Shown: positions 41,504 through 57,020 of the stretch, piece after piece
How positions within the stretch are numbered: position 1 is the stretch's first letter
Layout: each line of letters begins with the position of its first letter
Source of the DNA: Eledone cirrhosa
Taxonomy: Eukaryota
Length of the DNA stretch: 64,000 nt
Assembly (NCBI GenBank): GCA_964016885.1
Contig: OZ024765.1
Span: 3,038,001 to 3,102,000, forward strand
Reading direction: 5' to 3'
Position numbers and translations under genes: made by a program
The notes under the pieces: generated by a model
The model's input: only the letters and a program-made list of their open reading frames with translations
Databases searched by the model: none
Told to the model about the DNA's origin: nothing

Positions 41504-41690
41504 TATAGAAATGGCTTTTACAGGACTAGAACTATTTCAATCGGGAGAAATCATCAGGAAAGCCCTGATAATTTCTCCCGAATGAAACAGTTTTAGGGCT
41601 GTAAAAGCCATTTCTATATGAAATACTTGTACTCTGTTATGTATTGAGTACCTTACTTACTGTGGTTACCCCCGATTGAACCCGGGATAT
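41504..41690. mobile_element. Hairpin element family (copy 1) with hammerhead-like CTGATrA...GAAAC core
   Basis: Inverted arms ~41504-41618 plus tail gtattgagtaccttacttactgtggttacccccgattgaacccgg; related to 51186 and 55456. Confidence 0.6.
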
Positions 41691-41819
41691 ATATATATAT
41701 ATGGCATGCCATGAACGTACAACACTCAATGGAGTTCTAGAGGCACTGTAGTGACATACACTGTATTGAGGGCATTTTAAAACCTGGCAGACTGCAGCCT
41801 TTTCCAGGTGTGAACTTTT

Positions 41820-42760
41820 TCATGGAGAGTGAAAAAAAATTGACCCTAGTATTTAACTGGTACTTTATTTTATCAACCCCTAAAAAGATGAAAAGCAGAG
41901 TTGACCTTGGGCAGATTTAAACTCAGAATGCAGAGAGAGAGCAAGATTTGACCCCAGTATTTGACTGGTACTTATGTTCATTGACCTTGAAAGGATGAGA
42001 TGTAAATCTCACCTTGGCAGGATTTGAACTTGGAGATAGAGAGTTCTTGACTGGGACTTTATTTGTTAAGATTGAAAGTTAAGTCAACCTAGGCAGGATT
42101 TGAACTCAGCAGGAGGAGACAGAGCAAGAATCAACCCCAGTATTTGACAGGTATTTTAATTTCCTCGACCTCGAAAGGATGAGAGGTCGATTTGACACAG
42201 CAGAATTTGAATTGAGAGAGAGAGAGGAGACAGGGCAAGAATCGACCCCAGTATGATACTGGTACTCTGTTTATTAACTTTGAAAGGATGAGAGACATAT
42301 CTCGCCTCAGCAGGATTTAAACTCGGGGGAGAGAGAAAGAATTGACTCCAGTATGTGACTGGTATTATATTTATTAACCTTGAAATTACAAGAGACAAAG
42401 TCAACCTTGGTGGGATTTAAACTCGGAGAGGGGAGAGCAAAGATAGACCCCAGTATTTGACTGTTAATCTATTTATTAATCTCGAAAGTACAAGGCAGAT
42501 CTCACCTTGGTGTGATTTGAACTCGGAGACAGGGCAAGAATTGACCCCAGTAGTTGACTGGTACTTTAATTCAGAGACCTCGAAAAGATGAGAGCTAAAT
42601 TTGACTTGGCAGGATTTAAAGAATTTGAATGGAAAGAGAACAAGGATCAGCCCAGTATGAGAGGCATATCTCACTTTGGCAGGATTTAAACTCAGAGAAA
42701 GGGGAGATATATATATAGAGAGAAAGAATTTACTCCAGTATTTGACTGGTATATTTATTT
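41820..42760 (-). repeat. Degenerate tandem array of SINE family A fragments
   Basis: Repeated gaccccagtatttgactggtac...aaggatg...gcaggatttgaactc units, reverse complement of the SINE A core. Confidence 0.7.
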
Positions 42761-43296
42761 GATAAAATAAAGTACCAGTAATGTACTGGGATAATTGCTG
42801 GCCTTGTGCCTATATAAGAAACCATTATATTTAATAGGTGGATTGGCAGTATCGGTAGAGGGTCAGACGCCGTGCTTTGTAGCAAAGAGTTACGGCCCTT
42901 TATGGTCTGAGTTCAAATCCCACCGAGGTTAGCTTTGCCTTTCATCCTTACAGGGTCGATAAAATAAAGTACCAGTAATACACTGGAATAATTGCTGGCC
43001 TTGTGCCAAAAGTAGAAACAATTATATTTATTAACCTTGAAAGTACAACAAGGCAAAGTCAACCTTGGTGTGAATTGAGAGGGGGAGAGGAGAGTGAGCA
43101 AGAATCAACTCGGTATGAGACTGGTACTAGAGTTATTAACCTTGATACAAATGAAATATGGTAGAACCACCATAGATTTTCTCTTGGTTTCAACAATGAA
43201 CATTCTGCTGTTTGTTCAGTGGGACTAGTTTATTTTCTTTTTTTTTTTCGATATTTTAGCTTTTGCTTTATTTACAACAGTTAAAAACTTTGCCTA

Positions 43297-45200
43297 TTAA
43301 TCCATATGGTGAGGAAATGGGGTCCCACGTGCTGGCCTCCCCACAGCCCCGACGGACAGGATGGAGAAGGCGTTTCCCCGGAGGATGGTAAGGGAGATGC
43401 GCTGGAAGAGACATTCCAACTCACGAGGCTCACACCTGCGGCTGGCGAGCTCAGCGTCTATGGTGGTGAGTAGAGAGGTAGCCCCAGGGCCAAGGACACC
43501 AGAAGTCTCCACTGCTACGGCTAGCCAGTTCAGCACCTATGATGGTGAGTAGGGAGGTAGCCCTAGGGCCAAGGACACCAGAAGTCTCCACTGCTATGGC
43601 TAGCCATTTCAGCACCTATGATGGTGAGTAGAGAGGTAGCCCTAGGGCCAAGGACACCAGAAGTCTCCACTGCTACGGCTAGCCATTTCAGCACCTATGA
43701 TGGTGAGTAGAGAGGTAGCCCTAGGGCCAAGGACACCAGAAGTCTCCACTGCTACGGCTAGCCAGTTCAGCACCTATGATGGTGAGTAGAGAGGTAGCCC
43801 TAGGGCCAAGGACACCAGAAGTCTCCACTGCTATGGCTAGCCAGTTCAGCACCTATGATGGTGAGTAGAGAGGTAGCCCTAGGGCCAAGGACACCAGAAG
43901 TCTCCACTGCTATGGCTAGCCAGTTCAGCACCTATGATGGTGAGTAGAGAGGTAGCCCTAGGGCCAAGGACACCAGAAGTCTCCACTGCTACGGCTAGCC
44001 ATTTCAGCACCCATGATGGTGAGTAGAGAGGTAGCCCTAGGGCCAAGGACACCAGAAGTCTCCACTGCTACGGCTAGCCAGTTCAGCACCTATGATGGTG
44101 AGTAGAGAGGTAGCCCTAGGGCCAAGGACACCAGAAGTCTCCACTGCTATGGCTAGCCAGTTCAGCACCTATGATGGTGAGTAGGGAGGTAGCCCTAGGG
44201 CCAAGGACACCAGAAGTCGCCACTGCTACGGCTAGCCAGTTCAGCACCTATGATGGTGAGTAGAGAGGTAGCCCTAGGGCCAAGGACACCAGAAGTCTCC
44301 ACTGCTACGGCTAGCCAGTTCAGCACCATGATGGTGAGTAGAGAGGTAGCCCTAGGGCCAAGGACACCAGAAGTCTCCACTGCTACGGCTAGCCAGTTCA
44401 GCACCATGATGGTGAGTAGAGAGGTAGCCCTAGGGCCAAGGACACCAGAAGTCTCCACTGCTACGGCTAGCCAGTTCAGCACCATGATGGTGAGTAGGGA
44501 GGTAGCCCTAGGGCCAAGGACACCAGAAGTCTCCACTGCTACGGCTAGCCAGTTCAGCACCATGATGGTGAGTAGAGAGGTAGCCCTAGGGCCAAGGACA
44601 CCAGAAGTCTCCACTGCTACGGCTAGCCAGTTCAGCACCTATGATGGTGAGTAGAGAGGTAGCCCTAGGGCCAAGGACACCAGAAGTCTCCACTGCTATG
44701 GCTAGCCAGTTCAGCACCTATGATGGTGAGTAGAGAGGTAGCCCTAGGGCCAAGGACACCAGAAGTCTCCACTGCTACGGCTAGCCAGTTCAGCACCTAT
44801 GATGGTGAGTAGAGAGGTAGCCCTAGGGCCAAGGACACCAGAAGTCTCCACTGCTACGGCTAGCCAGTTCAGCACCTATGATGGTGAGTAGAGAGGTAGC
44901 CCCAGGGCCAAGGACACCAGAAGTCTCCACTGCTACGGCTAGCCAGTTCAGCACCTATGATGGTGAGTAGAGAGGTAGCCCTAGGGCCAAGGACACCAGA
45001 AGTCTCCACTGCTATGGCTAGCCAGTTCAGCACCTATGATGGTGAGTAGAGAGGTAGCCCCAGGGCCAAGGACACCAGAAGTCTCCACTGCCAAGAGCAC
45101 GACCACGAACCTGTCAGAGAGCGACCGGTCCTTGGAGAGTTTGCAGCAGAACCTGTGTTAGTCGCAGACTGAACGAGGTTGTGGCTGGAGAACTTGTAGT
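43297..45200 (-). mobile_element. CRE-like (RLE) non-LTR retrotransposon 3' end with an internal 79-bp tandem expansion (~20 copies)
   Basis: RFVVVLLAVETSGVLGP...LFQRISLTILRGNA matches the CRE-clade C-terminal 'AVETxG...FQRxSxxxxRGNA' motif; unit tagccctagggccaaggacaccagaagtctcc... at ~43478-45090. Confidence 0.75.
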
Positions 45201-46447
45201 GGTTATTGAGATTTAGTGTTAAGTGTCTGAGCATTCTAATGGAATGTGCACTCTTAATACATATCTGAGGTCAAGTCAGTGTGTGTGTGAGAGAGACTGT
45301 TTGTGCATGTGTGTGTGCTTTATGTGGCGTGTGTGTGTGAGAGAGACTTTTTGTGCATGTGTGTGTGCTTTATGTGGTGTGTGTGTGTGTGTGTGTGCTG
45401 TATGTGATGTGTGTGTGTGTGACTCTGCATGTGTGTGTGTAAGTGTGACAAGGTTAGGCAGGTAGAATTACAGGTACAGACCAGAAAGAAAGGGAGAAGA
45501 TAGACAAATAGTTAACTAGAGAGAGGGGGAGAGAAGATAGACAGAGAGAGAGAGGGGGGTGGGAAGAGACAGACAGAGAGGGGGAAGAGAGAGACAGACA
45601 GAGAGAGAAGGGGGGAATAGACAGACAGAGAGAAAGAGAGAGGAGAGACAGAGAGAGAAATGAATGTTGTGTGTGTGTGTGCGAATTTATGTATATATAT
45701 CATTCTGCATTTGTGAGTATATGTGTATGTGTAAAAGAATATGTGTGTGTGTGTGTATGTGTGCGTGCATCATTGTGTGCGAATTTATATGAGAGCGCGC
45801 GCGTGTGTGTGTGTTTATGTGTATATCATTAAATAGTTGTGTGTGCACGTATGTGTGTATGGACGTGAGCAAAAGTACGCGCGCGCGAGTGTATATGAGA
45901 GAAGCAGTGTGACGTAGTATGCAGAAAGTGGTGACAAGATACACACAGGCGTGGTTGATATATTTTTTTTAAAAAATATTTTCAAAGGCAGCCACGCACT
46001 GAGGAAGAGAGACGTAAACGAATTATGAGAAATTCACAGACGGCTACAGGCCGACACCTTCCATAACAACACACGCCGTCTCTATATTTAATCTGTTTCT
46101 ACTTTTCTACCCGGGTAAACAACAATTATATATGCATGCTTGACTTGGGGCCCCATGAAAAACACAACTTTATTAACGGACAATCTAATGCCTTCCCTTC
46201 TCTTGTAACACTTTACGACCAGAGTCTGTTCTGGGTCGTTTGTTATTGGTGCTACAGTGACTGTCAGTTGACCCCGAACCCGGGTATTTCTCCTCGGATA
46301 GCAAACGAACATACAAACACACGATATACTGCTTTAGCTTGCTTCTTTGTGGGTGTGCAACAACAACAACAACAACGAACTAACAGAAGATATTTGCTAA
46401 CGTGCACCTGCTTTGCTGCACATTTATATCTCCTACAGATCTGCATC

Positions 46448-46482
<35 letters not shown>

Positions 46483-46549
46483 CTAGCCAGCTTTGCACAT
46501 TTATTCTTTCTATAAAACTGCATTAGGACATATATATATATACATACAT

Positions 46550-46628
<79 letters not shown>

Positions 46629-46629
<1 letters not shown>

Positions 46630-46773
46630 CAAAGGAATTGTGGTAAGGAACCAGGTGGACCATAACGCACCAGAGTACTCAATACTTAGGGTAGTAGAGT
46701 GGGAAATAGGAAAAAGTAGTCCAGAAATAGCCGTCGAAACGGCTTGAGCTCTACCGTCGGGGTCATACGTTTT

Positions 46774-46778
<5 letters not shown>
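46629..46778. mobile_element. TA-embedded foldback element fragment (left arm + core)
   Basis: Shares core tagccgtcgaaa(c/t)ggcttgagctc with 57873-58008, where the arm appears inverted on the other side. Confidence 0.6.
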
Positions 46779-46816
<38 letters not shown>

Positions 46817-47699
46817 ATATGCAACGAGCCAGCGATCGAGAAGAAGCGAGGAAGCTGTCTTTGCATAGATAGGACAGTTCGATTTGTTAAAGACAACAGC
46901 CAAATCTAACTCATATATAACACCACACCAACATCAACACTAACACCATCATCACCAACACCACACTATCATCATCACCGTCACCAACACCACACCATCA
47001 TCATCATCATCAACACTACACCATCATCATCACCACCATCGCCATCATCAACTCCGACACCACACCATCATCATCACCGACACTAACACCAACACCACAC
47101 CACCATCATCATCAACACTACACTATCACCAACACTAACACCATCACCAACACTAACACCATCACCATCACCACCATCACCACACCATCCTATATCTATA
47201 ATTGAATAATTATAACAAGCACATTGCATAATGTAATTAAGATCTACATTATTATAACTCATCAGATCAACGACCAACAACAACAACAACAACAACAAAA
47301 AAAAAGCAATAGAATAAAAATAAACGAGGCTAAACACGAGACAAAGGTGGGATGGTCACATCTGGAATGTTATTCAACCATAGGTTTGTTTGTATGATCA
47401 AATCTGACCTGGATTTATACAACTGACAGCCTGAGAGGGTTTTACACTGAAATGAAGGCAGAGATATCTCCTTCACTCCCGTTCCCGCCACCATCTCTAT
47501 AATCCTTCAACACATATATATATTATATACATACATAGTATATACACGCTATATATATACAAGGTAGGTCTATTTTATATATATATTCTATGCATTTATT
47601 TGTTTACTGTGCATATATATATATATATGCATGTATAGACTGGCATGGTTTAAACACACATGCATGTAAACACACCTATATATTTACACGCCACCCCCC

Positions 47700-47743
<44 letters not shown>

Positions 47744-48264
47744 TGTCTATTCCATTTATTTATCTATCTATACACTTATTTACGGTGTATATACATGTAT
47801 ATACGCTGGCATGATTTAAACACTCATATACATGTATACACACCTATATATATATATATATATAGGTGTGTATACATACACACACAGTATATACACAGTA
47901 AGTCTATTCTAAATATACATTTATTTATTTACAGTGTATATATGTGTATATACACTGACATGGGTTAAACATTCACATGTGTATATATATATATACAGTA
48001 AGTCTATTCTATCTATACATTTATTTATTTACGGTGTATATATACATGTATACATGTATATATGTTAGCATGGTTTAAAAACCCATACGCATGTATATGT
48101 ATATATATATATAGTGTCTATTCTATTTATAAATCTATACATTTATTTGTATACCGTCTATATAGCACTGACATGGGTTAAACACCCATACACACGTATA
48201 TATATATGTGTATATGCATATACCCTGGCATGGCTTAAACACCCTTACACATATCTACACACAC

Positions 48265-48295
<31 letters not shown>

Positions 48296-48625
48296 CACCT
48301 TTATAAGTCTATATATTTATCTATCACCTATTTCTATTGTATTTTAAGAACATATAGTGATGTTGAATAAATACTATTGCATATACACACACATATATCT
48401 ATATATATATACTCACACACATATCTCTCTATGTATACACTCACATACATGCACACACTTACACATATATATATATGTGTGTGTGTGAGGGTCAAATGCT
48501 GACCAAGATACTCTCATGGAATGACCAAATGAGGTTTATTTTTCAACATGATAAAATCAACACATGTAAGATTTCACAGTTCTAGCATCACTCCTTCATT
48601 GTCAGCCTATGAACGTAAGTGCATG

Positions 48626-48680
<55 letters not shown>

Positions 48681-48940
48681 CGCATGTTAATATATACACA
48701 TATAGGTCTCTCTGTGTGTGTATATAAATTGATGTCTATATGCAGGTATACATACGATGTGAGAGTGTGTGTATATATAACGCACGTGTTTTGTGTGTTT
48801 ATGTAATAAATATATACTGTAGTACATTTACGTTGCATGTATGTATTTGTGCATGTGTGCACAGAATATTATTATATATACACCCTGTCTGTGTATTGAA
48901 CGATCATATTAGCACAACCACCAGTAATACACTGATTGAC

Positions 48941-48971
<31 letters not shown>

Positions 48972-49430
48972 CATATATATAATTTGAAAATTAGTTGAAA
49001 ATTGCAAACTTGACTGTCACCACATATTATGAACCTGAAGATTGCGAAAGCATGAAAGTACTTGTTCAATTAACACTTAACATTTAATATTCTACCATAC
49101 TATTTCATTCTAATACCATTATACATTTTAAAGGATTGTAAATAAAACGAGTAAATCAGACAAAGTTGGAATTCCTTTTATTAATATAATCTTCTATACA
49201 CAATCATACACACCCGTGTATATATATCTATCTCTCTCTATATATAATTATATATATATATAAGGGTTGACGGACCCAGCATATTTATCATTTAATGTCT
49301 ATCTTCCACGCTAGCATGGGTTAGACGGGAATTGTCCCACCTGAGACAAGATTGGTCCGGTGACCGTGTCTCGCTCGTATAGGACTGTCTGGCAGGTTTT
49401 CTACGGCTGGATGCCCTTCCTAACACCAAC

Positions 49431-49543
<113 letters not shown>

Positions 49544-49721
49544 TCGGTCAAGGTGATATATATATATATATATATACACAAAAAGTTATGAAACGAAAGG
49601 AGCCGTGTGGTTACTAAAAACAAGGTTTAGGATGGTGGTTAGGACGGAACAGGAGGAGAAAGGAAGAAAGGAGTTTTCATCGTCAGCTGTAAATGTTTCC
49701 CGGACCGATGTTTCGGCGTTG

Positions 49722-49869
<148 letters not shown>

Positions 49870-50035
49870 TTTAAAACAGTGACATAAATAGGTACTTAAG
49901 TTTCGTTGGGTTATGCACCCCAACTCATTCAGCCTATCGCCGAGGTTAACTTTGCCTTTCATCCTTACGGGGTCGATAAATAAAGTACCAGTAATGTACT
50001 GGATTTATTGCTGGCCTTGTGCCAAAAGTAGAAAC

Positions 50036-50076
<41 letters not shown>

Positions 50077-50727
50077 ATAAAATTCGGCATTATGTACAAA
50101 TTATACATTCACACGTGTATATAATGCATGTATATATATATATACTTACAGACATAAATACACACCTTTCCACGGTAGCATGGTTTAAATACACAAACAC
50201 AAACGTGTGTGTGTATATATATATAAAAAAGAAGTTTCATTTGTACATCCCTCTTTATTTTATTATACGTATATATATATATCCACACAACCTGTGTACT
50301 AGATTATATATATATATGCAAGCACACAATCATATATATGCGTATGTATTTATATATTATATATATATATATATATACACACACAACCTGTGTACTAGAT
50401 TCATCATCATCATCATCATCATTTAGACGGGTTAGACGGGTTGTCCTGTTGTGGGCAGTGTCTGGTCGGCTGACCATGCCTTGCTCATACAGGAACTGAT
50501 CTGGCTTGATTTCTACAGCTGGATGCCCTTCCTAACACCAACCTCATTTACAGTGAGTGCTGGGTGCTTTTTCGTGGCGCCTACACGTCCACTTTACAGT
50601 GTGGGCTGGGTGCTTTTTTGTGGCGCCTACACGTCCACTTTACAGTGTGGGCTGGGTGCTTTTTTGCCGTGGCACCTCCACGACCACCTTGCAGTGGGAG
50701 GGTGTGGGGGCATATTGTCTATATGCT

Positions 50728-51095
50728 TCAGTTTGTACCCATGGGAGGTCGGGTACTCTGTATTACGGCATGACGCCAGAGGTCACGGTCGTGTGTCATT
50801 GTCTTTGAGAGGTGTAATTGGGTAAGGTCGGCTTTTATCACCTCATCCCAGGTCATCTTGGGTCTCCCCACTCCGCGGTTTCCATCAACTTCTAGTGCTC
50901 TGCACCTTTTTATGCAGCTGTCATCCTTCATACGCATCACATGTCCATACCGGCGCAACCGCCTCTCCTGCACACAGCATTTGATTCCTCTTATGTTCAG
51001 TCTCTCTCTCAATTCCTTTATGCTTTGTCGTTCACGTATATTACTGTTACACATCCATCGGAGCATGCAGGCTTCGTTTCTCTCTAATCTACGTA
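50728..51095 (-). mobile_element. RTE LINE 3' fragment
   Basis: LRRLERNEACMLRWMC...RRLRRYGHVMRM...RGVGRPKMTW...DRDLWR. Confidence 0.9.
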
Positions 51096-51142
51096 AGGTT
51101 ATATATATATATGCAAGCACACAATCATATATATGCGTATGT

Positions 51143-51182
<40 letters not shown>

Positions 51183-51185
51183 GTT

Positions 51186-51383
51186 ATTCCGGGTTGAATC
51201 GGAGGTAACCACAGTAAGTAAGGTACTCAATACATAGCAGAGTATAAAAGTTTTAATATAGAAGAGATTCTACAGGACTAGAACTGTTTCATTCATTAGA
51301 AATCATCAGGAATCCATGATTTCCTGATGATTTCTAATGAATGAAACAGTTCTAGTCCTGTAGAATCTCTTCTATATTAAAAC

Positions 51384-51384
<1 letters not shown>
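51186..51384. mobile_element. Hairpin element family (copy 2)
   Basis: Perfect 64-bp arms 51249-51312 and 51321-51384; CTGATGA-tttc-taat-gaat-GAAAC-agttcta-GTC. Confidence 0.65.
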
Positions 51385-51415
<31 letters not shown>

Positions 51416-51704
51416 AACAAACAGATACACATACACTCATGCATTTCTTCACACAAACACACCTTGTCCCATTCTGTAAGTCTCAGCTGTTGTCGTTCTT
51501 GTCACCACCACCACCACCTTATGAGTAACATATTACATATCATCATCATCACTATCAATACCCCCACCACCACCTTATGAGTAACCTATTAAATACCATC
51601 ATTATCAAGGTCAATGTCTCCTCCACCCCCCCACCTTCTTATCAGTAATGTATTATATATCATCATCATATCATCATCATCACCAACTTGGTAACTAATT
51701 ACAT

Positions 51705-52668
51705 ATCACCACCACCACCACCTCCACCTCCACCACCACCACAACCATCATCACCACCATCACCACCACCACCACCACCATCACCACCACCACAACCATC
51801 ATCACCACCACACCACCACCACTACCATCATCACCACCACTACCATCACCACCACCACCACAACCATCATCACCACCATCATTACCACCACCACTACCAC
51901 CATCACCACCACCACCACAACCATCATCACCACCATCACCACCACCACCACCACCACCACCTCCACCACCACCACCACCACAACCATCATCACCACCATC
52001 ACCACCACCACCTCCTCCACCACCACCACCATCACCACCACCACCACCACAACCATCATCGCCACCATCACCACCTCCACCACCACCACCATCACCACCA
52101 CCACAACCATCATCACCACCATCACCACCACCATCACCACCACCATCACCACCACCACCACCACAACCATCATCACCACCACCACCACAACCATCATCAC
52201 CACCACCACCACAACCATCATCACCACCACCACCACCACAATCACCACCATCACCACCACCACCACCACCACCTCCACCACCACCATCACCACCACCACC
52301 ACCACCACAACCATCATCACCACCACCACCACAACCATCATCACTACCACACTATCATTTACATCCTATATACCACCATCATCATCACCACCACCACAAC
52401 CATCCTCACCACCACACCACTACCACCACCACTATCATTTACATCCTATATACCACCACAACCACCACCACTACACCACCACCACCACCACCACTACTAC
52501 CACCACCAGTACTACTACCACTACCACTACCACCACCAGTACTACTACTACCACCACCACTACTACCACTACCACCACCACCACTACCACCACCACTACT
52601 ACTACCACCACCACCACCACTACCACCACCACTACTACCACTACCACCACCACTACCACAGCCACCAA
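51705..52668. repeat. (CAC/CAT/TAC)n low-complexity
   Basis: Direct inspection. Confidence 0.93.
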
Positions 52669-52993
52669 TAACAATGGTTGCTACTATAGGCACTAAGCCA
52701 ACAATTTTAGGGGAGGGGGAGTCAATTAAATCGGCCCAGTGCATTACTGGTACTTTATTTTATTGAGCCTGTAAGGATGAACGTGGGATTTGAACTGAGA
52801 ACGTAAAGGGCCATAACTCTATGCCGCTAAGCTTATTATCTGACACTCCACCGATTCTGCCACTGTAATAATACAATGTATCCGTGTTTTTTTTTCTTCT
52901 TTCTCCACCACCTCCATCACCAACAGAAGCAACTTAACAAGAGTGTCACCTGAGGTACCAGACTGACAGACAGACAGAGAGACAGCTACAAAA

Positions 52994-53051
52994 ATGTCCT
53001 TATCTGACCCCTCCCCATCATCAAACCCCAGGGGTTACCAGAAGGCCGACG
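52994..53051 (+). CDS. Possible first coding exon of an unidentified downstream gene
   Basis: Pyrimidine tract and cag at 52924-52926, aaaaATG at 52994, MSLSDPSPSSNPRGYQKAD, consensus donor G|gtaagt; no homology recognised. Confidence 0.35.
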
Positions 53052-53099
53052 GTAAGTTCCATTTTTTTCCATTTTTTTTTTATATTTTACGTTTCATAT

Positions 53100-53605
53100 A
53101 TTTACCTCACATAATACCTCACATAACATTTACATTACTCTATATATACTATTGTATTTTCACAGTAAAGGCTTTACCTCACATAATTACCTCACATAAC
53201 ATTTACATTACTCTATATATACTATTATATTTTCACAGTAAAGGCTTTACCTCACATAATATCTCACCTAACATTTACATTACTCTATATATACTATTGT
53301 ATTTTCACAGTAAAGGCTTTACCTCACATAATACCTCACATAACATTTACATTACTCTATAGATACTATTGTATTTTCACAGTAAAGGCTTTATCTTACA
53401 TAATTATCTCACATAACATTTACATTACTCTATATATACTATTGTATTTTCACAGTAAAGGCTTTATCTTACATAATTATCTTACCTAATATCGAATCTA
53501 TGAGATTTTGGTATTATTTATTTTGAGAACAATACCTTAACATCAGTATGAATGGCCAAAAAGAGGTGAGAGAATTCTGGCCAGATATGGCCAGTTTAAA
53601 TGCAG
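53100..53605 (+). mobile_element. piggyBac-like MITE fragment with 72-bp repeats
   Basis: Same unit and 3' part as 25499-26812 and 31317-31881. Confidence 0.75.
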
Positions 53606-53859
53606 GAACATTAAGGGCTAAAATCCAAATTTTTAGAGCTTCATTCACTAATTAACCATTTTAATTATTAATTATGGTAATTAGTAATTTTCTTTGTCAT
53701 CTGAAACTGTGGTGTAAGCTATTATTACTGGGTTTACTAATTATATAATTATAATGTAACAAAAAAATTGTGTTTGCCTTTAAATGTATTTTTGCGTAGT
53801 ATTCTTAGTTTTACTATACTGTAACTGTATATATTATATTTCAATAATATTTTGTCGGC

Positions 53860-54212
53860 TACTAAACCGGCAATCCCACCAAGCTTGCTTGGTGAGCAGG
53901 GTGACATTTGGACACCCTGTGGGATGAAATACAAGACCCGACAAAGGGTGGAGTAACTCAGCAGTCAACGGCCATCCAAATAGTATCCTTTTTTTTTTTT
54001 TTTGCCTGGGAGTGAAAGGCCCCCAGTTGTTGTCACAACACCTTTCTAGGAAATGGAAACTGAAAAAAAACCTGCGACTTCAGAAGCATCCGATGACGTT
54101 GACCAGTTCTCCTTTTCGGATAGTATTTTCGATGCTCAGAGAGTGGGATTGGTTGAGTGGAAGGCCTTTCCCCACTTAAAAAAAACATTCAAATCACAGG
54201 CATTGCTTGTTC
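53860..54212 (+). mobile_element. Dispersed repeat, probably a non-LTR 5' UTR fragment
   Basis: gagagtgggattgg...cacaggcattgc motif recurs near 56645 and 57275; LINE identity is inferred. Confidence 0.4.
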
Positions 54213-54419
54213 AGTATATGTTACAGGTTTGTGTGGCTGGCCATAGCCTAAAACTGCACCAAACTCTATAATCTGACAAACCATTGCAATACTCTTAGCA
54301 GAGTTTGCAGCCATCATATGTATATATATATATGTTGGCATTAGGAAGGGCATCTAGCCATGGAAAACCAGCCAGAAACAGTGCTATATGAGCGAGACAC
54401 AGTCACCCGACCCAACCTG

Positions 54420-55270
54420 CTTCAGAAAACAGCACAGCTCCCATGACTTTCGGAAACATTTTTTCACGCTCAGAGTTGCTGAAGCATGGAACAAACTACC
54501 TGCATCAGTTGTTGGCTGTCAGGACACTGCATCTTTTAAAACCTCCATGGAACAAACTACCTGCATCAGTTGTTGGCTGTCGAGACACTGCATCCTTTAA
54601 AACCTCCATGGAACAAACTACCTGCATCAGTTGTTAGCTGTCGAGACACTGCATCCTTTAAAACCTCCATGGAACAAACTACCTGCATCAGTTGTTGGCT
54701 GTCGAGACACTGCATCCTTTAAAACCTCCATGGAACAAACTACCCGATTCAGGTGTTAGTTGTTGAGACACTGCATCCTTTAAAACCTCCATGGAACAAA
54801 CTACCTGCATCAGTTGTTAGCTGTCGAGACACTGCATCCTTTAAAACCTCCATGGAACAAACTCCCTGCATCAGTTGTTAGCTGTCGAGACACTGCATCC
54901 TTTAAAACCTCCATGGAACAAACTACCCGATTCAGGTGTTAGTTGTTGAGACACTGCATCCTTTAAAACCTCCATGGAACAAACTACCTGCATCAGTTGT
55001 TAGTTGTCGAGACACTGCATCCTTTAAAACCTCCATGGAACAAACTACCTGCATCAGTTGTTAGCTGTCGAGACACTGCATCCTTTAAAACCTCCATGCT
55101 TCCTGAGATTCGCCAACACTACACCTGATATTCCCCCTCCATACACATACACACATGTATATCATGACTCATACACTGACATTTGTACATTATTCTATGT
55201 ACTATACATGCACCTTTGATGAGTTGTAGTGCACCTGAACACTGTACACAATAATTTCATTATTATTATA
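54420..55270 (+). mobile_element. CR1-like LINE 3' end with an internal 61-bp tandem expansion (~10 copies)
   Basis: FRKHFFTLRVAEAWNKLPASVV...SFK matches the CR1 ORF2 C-terminal motif; unit catggaacaaactacctgcatc...aaaacctc; (TAT)n tail. Confidence 0.85.
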
Positions 55271-55407
55271 AATGGGATAAATCCGTCTAACCCATGCTAG
55301 TGTGGAAGATGGACGTTAATTGATGATGATGATATATATATATATATATAAACAGAAAATTGAGGAGAATCTTTCTATATTCTCCTGTGAGTTTGTAATA
55401 TATTATT

Positions 55408-55455
<48 letters not shown>

Positions 55456-55458
<3 letters not shown>

Positions 55459-55580
55459 GGCTTCTACAGGACTAGAACTGTTTCATTCAAAGGAAATCAT
55501 CAGAAAAGCCCTGATGATTTCCTTCGAATGAAACAGTTCTAGTCCTGTAGAAGCCATTTTACCCCCGATTGAACCCAGGA
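55456..55580. mobile_element. Hairpin element family (copy 3)
   Basis: Inverted arms ~55456-55559; CTGATGA-tttc-cttc-gaat-GAAAC-agttcta-GTC. Confidence 0.6.
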
Positions 55581-56518
55581 TACACACACACATATATATA
55601 TGTATATATATATAAATATATATATAGTGTATATATTAGTTGCAATGTCACATGTGCCAAGCTGTATCGTCCATTGCTTTTTCTCATGGACAACCTCAGT
55701 GGCGTGGAGAGGGAAGGCTGGTGTGCATGGGTGACTGCTGGTCTTTTACAAACAATCTTGCCCGGACTTGTGCCTTAGAAGGGAACTCGCTGGATGCAAA
55801 ACTCTTGGCCATTCCATGCTAGTATGGGGGAAAAAATAGACATAGTAAGATGGTGATGATGATATGCTTGTACATATGTGAATGTGTATATGTGTATAAA
55901 AATGTTCATAATAAGTTGATAATGGTGAAGATAGGCTTGTGTATGTGTGTAGAAAAAGTTTGCACAAGAAATCAAGAAAAACCAGTACAGATGACAAATA
56001 AAATAACACAAAAACCCGACACAAGCATCAGATCTTCCCTCATCAGCTGCCATTTTAAAAAGGTCATAGCGATTTCGACAGTTGAATGACATTATTGTTG
56101 CCTTTTCCCAGCTGTGTGAGTAGATATAAATATACAGATACTGAAGAACAATGCTATGGAGACAAGGACAGCATTTTTGTGTGTTTATTAAGGCATCCAA
56201 CCATCCAGATAAACTCCCTGAACTCTGACCACCATCACATATGTATAAATCTTTTCCTGAGTCCAGTCTTTTTCGTTGCTATGGCAATGCGGCTGGACTG
56301 CCGATCGCTATATTTGATTTTCAAAGCTGTCTAAACGTATTGTTATTACTCTGGGGCATTATTCTCCATTGAGTGTTAAGCTGCATTCGTTAGCTTAGCC
56401 ATTAATACTGTACTAAAATTTATATATATATATATATATATATTTATATGTGTATGTATGTATATGTATGTATGTATATATGTATGTATATATATATATA
56501 TGTATATATATATGCATG

Positions 56519-56561
<43 letters not shown>

Positions 56562-56989
56562 ATATATACATATATGTATGTATGTATATATATATGTATA
56601 TGTATATATGACTTGTTCTTCTTTTTGGTAAATATCATCTTGGTTAAGAGAGTGGGACTGGCTTTGTGCAGTGCCTTTGCTCACTATAAAAGCTTCACGG
56701 CACAGGCATTGCTTTATATCTGGAGATCTCTCTGCACTTGTCCTCACATGGTACCATGGGCCCAGCACTATGTGTCAGTAATTGTCACAAGTGTAGTGTT
56801 TGTACCAGAGTTTTCAAGTCGCTGGCTGGAGTAAAAAGTCACACTTGTTCAGCACATCGGTAGGGGTTCTCCTACATGGATATAAAGTAGTGGCCGTACT
56901 CGAAAACGAGTTGGCAGCCACCATATATGTATGTATATATGTATGTATATATGTATGTATATATATATATATATATGTATGTATATATG

Positions 56990-57020
<31 letters not shown>
